From positions 212,348-276,347 of the forward strand of contig CAWAPU010000001.1 of assembly GCA_963783995.1 (NCBI GenBank): 64,000 nt of DNA, given 5' to 3'. This DNA is from an uncultured Acidimicrobiaceae bacterium (GTDB taxonomy: Bacteria; Actinomycetota; Acidimicrobiia; Acidimicrobiales; RAAP-2). The number at the start of each line of letters is the position of its first letter. Position 1 is the first letter of the stretch. The notes beneath the pieces were generated by a model, which did not search any database, was not told the origin of the DNA, and saw only the letters and a program-made list of their open reading frames with translations. Positions 62,250 to 64,000 of the stretch are shown piece by piece. A program made the position numbers and the translations under genes.

Positions 62250-63695
62250 CCGACTGGGAGACCGTGATCGGGCTCGAGGTGCACACCGAGCTCAAGACCG
62301 CGACGAAGCTTTTCTGCGGTTGTCGCAACGCATTCGGCGACGAGCCCAACGTGAACATCTGCCCGACGTGCATCGGGCTGCCGGGGGCGCTGCCCGTCCT
62401 CAACGAGCAGGCGGTCGAGTTCGCCATGCGCATCGGCGCGGCGCTCCACTGCGACATCCGGCCGTCGGAGTTCGCCCGCAAGAACTACTTCTATCCCGAC
62501 CAGGCGAAGGACTATCAGATCAGCCAGTACGACCTGCCGTTGAACGTGAACGGCTGGCTCGAGCTGCCCGACGGCTTCCGGGTGGGCGTGACGCGGGCCC
62601 ACATGGAGGAGGACACCGGGAAGCTGACCCACGTCGGGGCCACCGGACGGATCAACGCCGCCCTCTACGCCCTGGTCGACTACAACCGCTCGGGCGTCCC
62701 GCTCGTCGAGATCGTCAGCGAGCCGGACATGCGGACGTCGGCGCAGGCCCGGTCGTACGCCGCCGAGCTGCGCGGCATCCTCGTCGCCACCGGCGCCTCC
62801 GACGGCCGCATGGAGGAAGGGTCGATGCGTGTCGACGCCAACGTCTCGGTGCGCCCGGTGGGCAGCAGCACGTTCGGCACGCGGTGCGAGATCAAGAACC
62901 TCAACTCCATCCGCTCGCTCGGGCGGGCGATCGACTACGAGGTGACGCGGCAGATCGCCCTCATCGAGGGCGGGGGCGTGGTCAGCCAGGAGACGCGGCA
63001 CTGGGACGAGTCGGCCGGTCGCACCGAGGCACTGCGCTCGAAGGAGGAGGCCAACGACTACCGCTATTTCCCCGAGCCGGACCTCGTTCCCCTCGCACCC
63101 GACAAGGCGTGGCAGCGAAGAGGTGCGCAGCTCGCTCGGGCCGATGCCGGCCGACCGGCGCGCCGCGCTGGCCGCCGCGCTCGGCGGCGAACCGACCGCG
63201 GCGGAGGTCGATCAGATAAGCGCCGTGGTCGACCTGGGGCTCGACGCGCTCGTGACTGCCGCGTCCGGGGCCGGCGCGCCGACCGCGCTCGCCCTCGTCC
63301 GGGCGGCCAACGAGGTGGCGGCGCAGCCCGAGGCCGGCGCCCGCCTCGACGTGGGCTCGTTCACGTCGCTCCTGGCGCTCGAGGCCGGCGGGAAGTTGTC
63401 GGCGACCCAGTCCAAGGCCGTGCTGGCGGCGCTCCTCGAGCGCGGCGGCGGGGACCCGGCGGCCATCGCGAAGGAGATGGGCTTCGAGGCTCTGGCGGCG
63501 GACACGCTGTCGACGGCGGTCGACGAGGTGATCGCGGCGAACGTCGACGAGTGGACGCGCTACATGGAGGGCGACGAGGGCGAGCAGAAGAAGCTGACGG
63601 GCTTCTTCACCGGGAAGATCATGCAGGCGACGTCGGGCAAGGCCAACGGCAAGGACGTGGCGGCCGAGCTGCGCCGCCGACGTGAGTCCGCCTAA
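62246..63695 (+). CDS. gatB: Asp/Glu-tRNA(Asn/Gln) amidotransferase subunit B, one frame change near 63116
   Basis: ATGA overlap. '[23 protein letters not shown]', '[10 protein letters not shown]', '[15 protein letters not shown]', '[10 protein letters not shown]'. The tail '[18 protein letters not shown]...[20 protein letters not shown]' is in ORF 63123..63695. Confidence 0.9.
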
Positions 63696-64000
63696 GCGCT
63701 GCTGAGCGGGCCCTTCACGTAGCCGTCGAGCGTAGGGCCGACCCAGCGGCCGATCTCCTTGGGCGACGCGGTGGACATCGGCGGCACTCGCAGGATGTAA
63801 CGGGTGAAGGCCAGGCCCATGAGCTGCGAGGAGACCATGGCGGTGCGCCTCCGGCTCACCGCCTCGCTCTCACCTTCGTTGCGGCTGACGACGCTCCAGA
63901 TGCGCTCGTTGACGAACTCGCGCATGGCGTCGGCCACGTTGGCCGACGCCGCCATGGCGGAGACGCACGAGCCGAAGGACGACCCCGTCGCTTCGGCCCG
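63692..64000 (-). CDS. TetR-family regulator, C-terminal part only (gene runs off the window)
   Basis: The frame is open to position 64000. 'AMVSSQLMGLAFTRYILRVPPMSTASPKEIGRWVGPTLDGYV' resembles TetR C-terminal ligand domains. The stop overlaps the gatB stop region. Confidence 0.5.
   Translation of the reverse strand, partial: RAEATGSSFGSCVSAMAASANVADAMREFVNERIWSVVSRNEGESEAVSRRRTAMVSSQLMGLAFTRYILRVPPMSTASPKEIGRWVGPTLDGYVKGPLSSA

Overview
High-GC, densely coding chromosomal window of about 58 genes. It looks like Actinomycetota, possibly Acidimicrobiia-like: the gene order is iscS-mnmA-ligA...gatCAB, and there are F420/LLM oxidoreductases and a class E sortase with an LAXTG substrate. Many neighbouring genes are linked by 4-nt ATGA/GTGA/TTGA start-stop overlaps.

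Contents, left to right:
- two class III nucleotide cyclases;
- a cell-surface locus at 2.6-13.7 kb, whose core (about 4.2-12.6 kb) is visibly lower in GC;
- a lipid/steroid-type beta-oxidation module (two non-canonical ACADs, a CaiB/MCR-like protein, a MaoC pair);
- a large DUF11-repeat surface protein gene (about 3.7 kb);
- acyl-CoA, F420, DUF35 and thiolase metabolism genes;
- ileS;
- a DUF222/HNH gene;
- a divergent marR-yceI pair;
- a Puu-like gamma-glutamyl amine module;
- housekeeping genes: Sir2, iscS, mnmA, ligA, a PASTA kinase and gatCAB.

The most interesting element is the surface locus. It has the parts list of a Firmicutes Csc/WxL surface complex: a DUF916/DUF3324-like anchor protein, two large proteins ending in a WxL-like module, and a sortase-anchored protein. 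Here these sit in an actinobacterial context with an LAFTG signal, a class E sortase and a LuxR-type regulator.

Major caveat: the sequence carries many 1-nt frame disruptions. They also hit essential genes (ileS, gatB, iscS) and often fall in short homopolymers. Assembly or sequencing indels are therefore a serious alternative to real pseudogenes. No rRNA, tRNA, CRISPR array or transposase was recognised.
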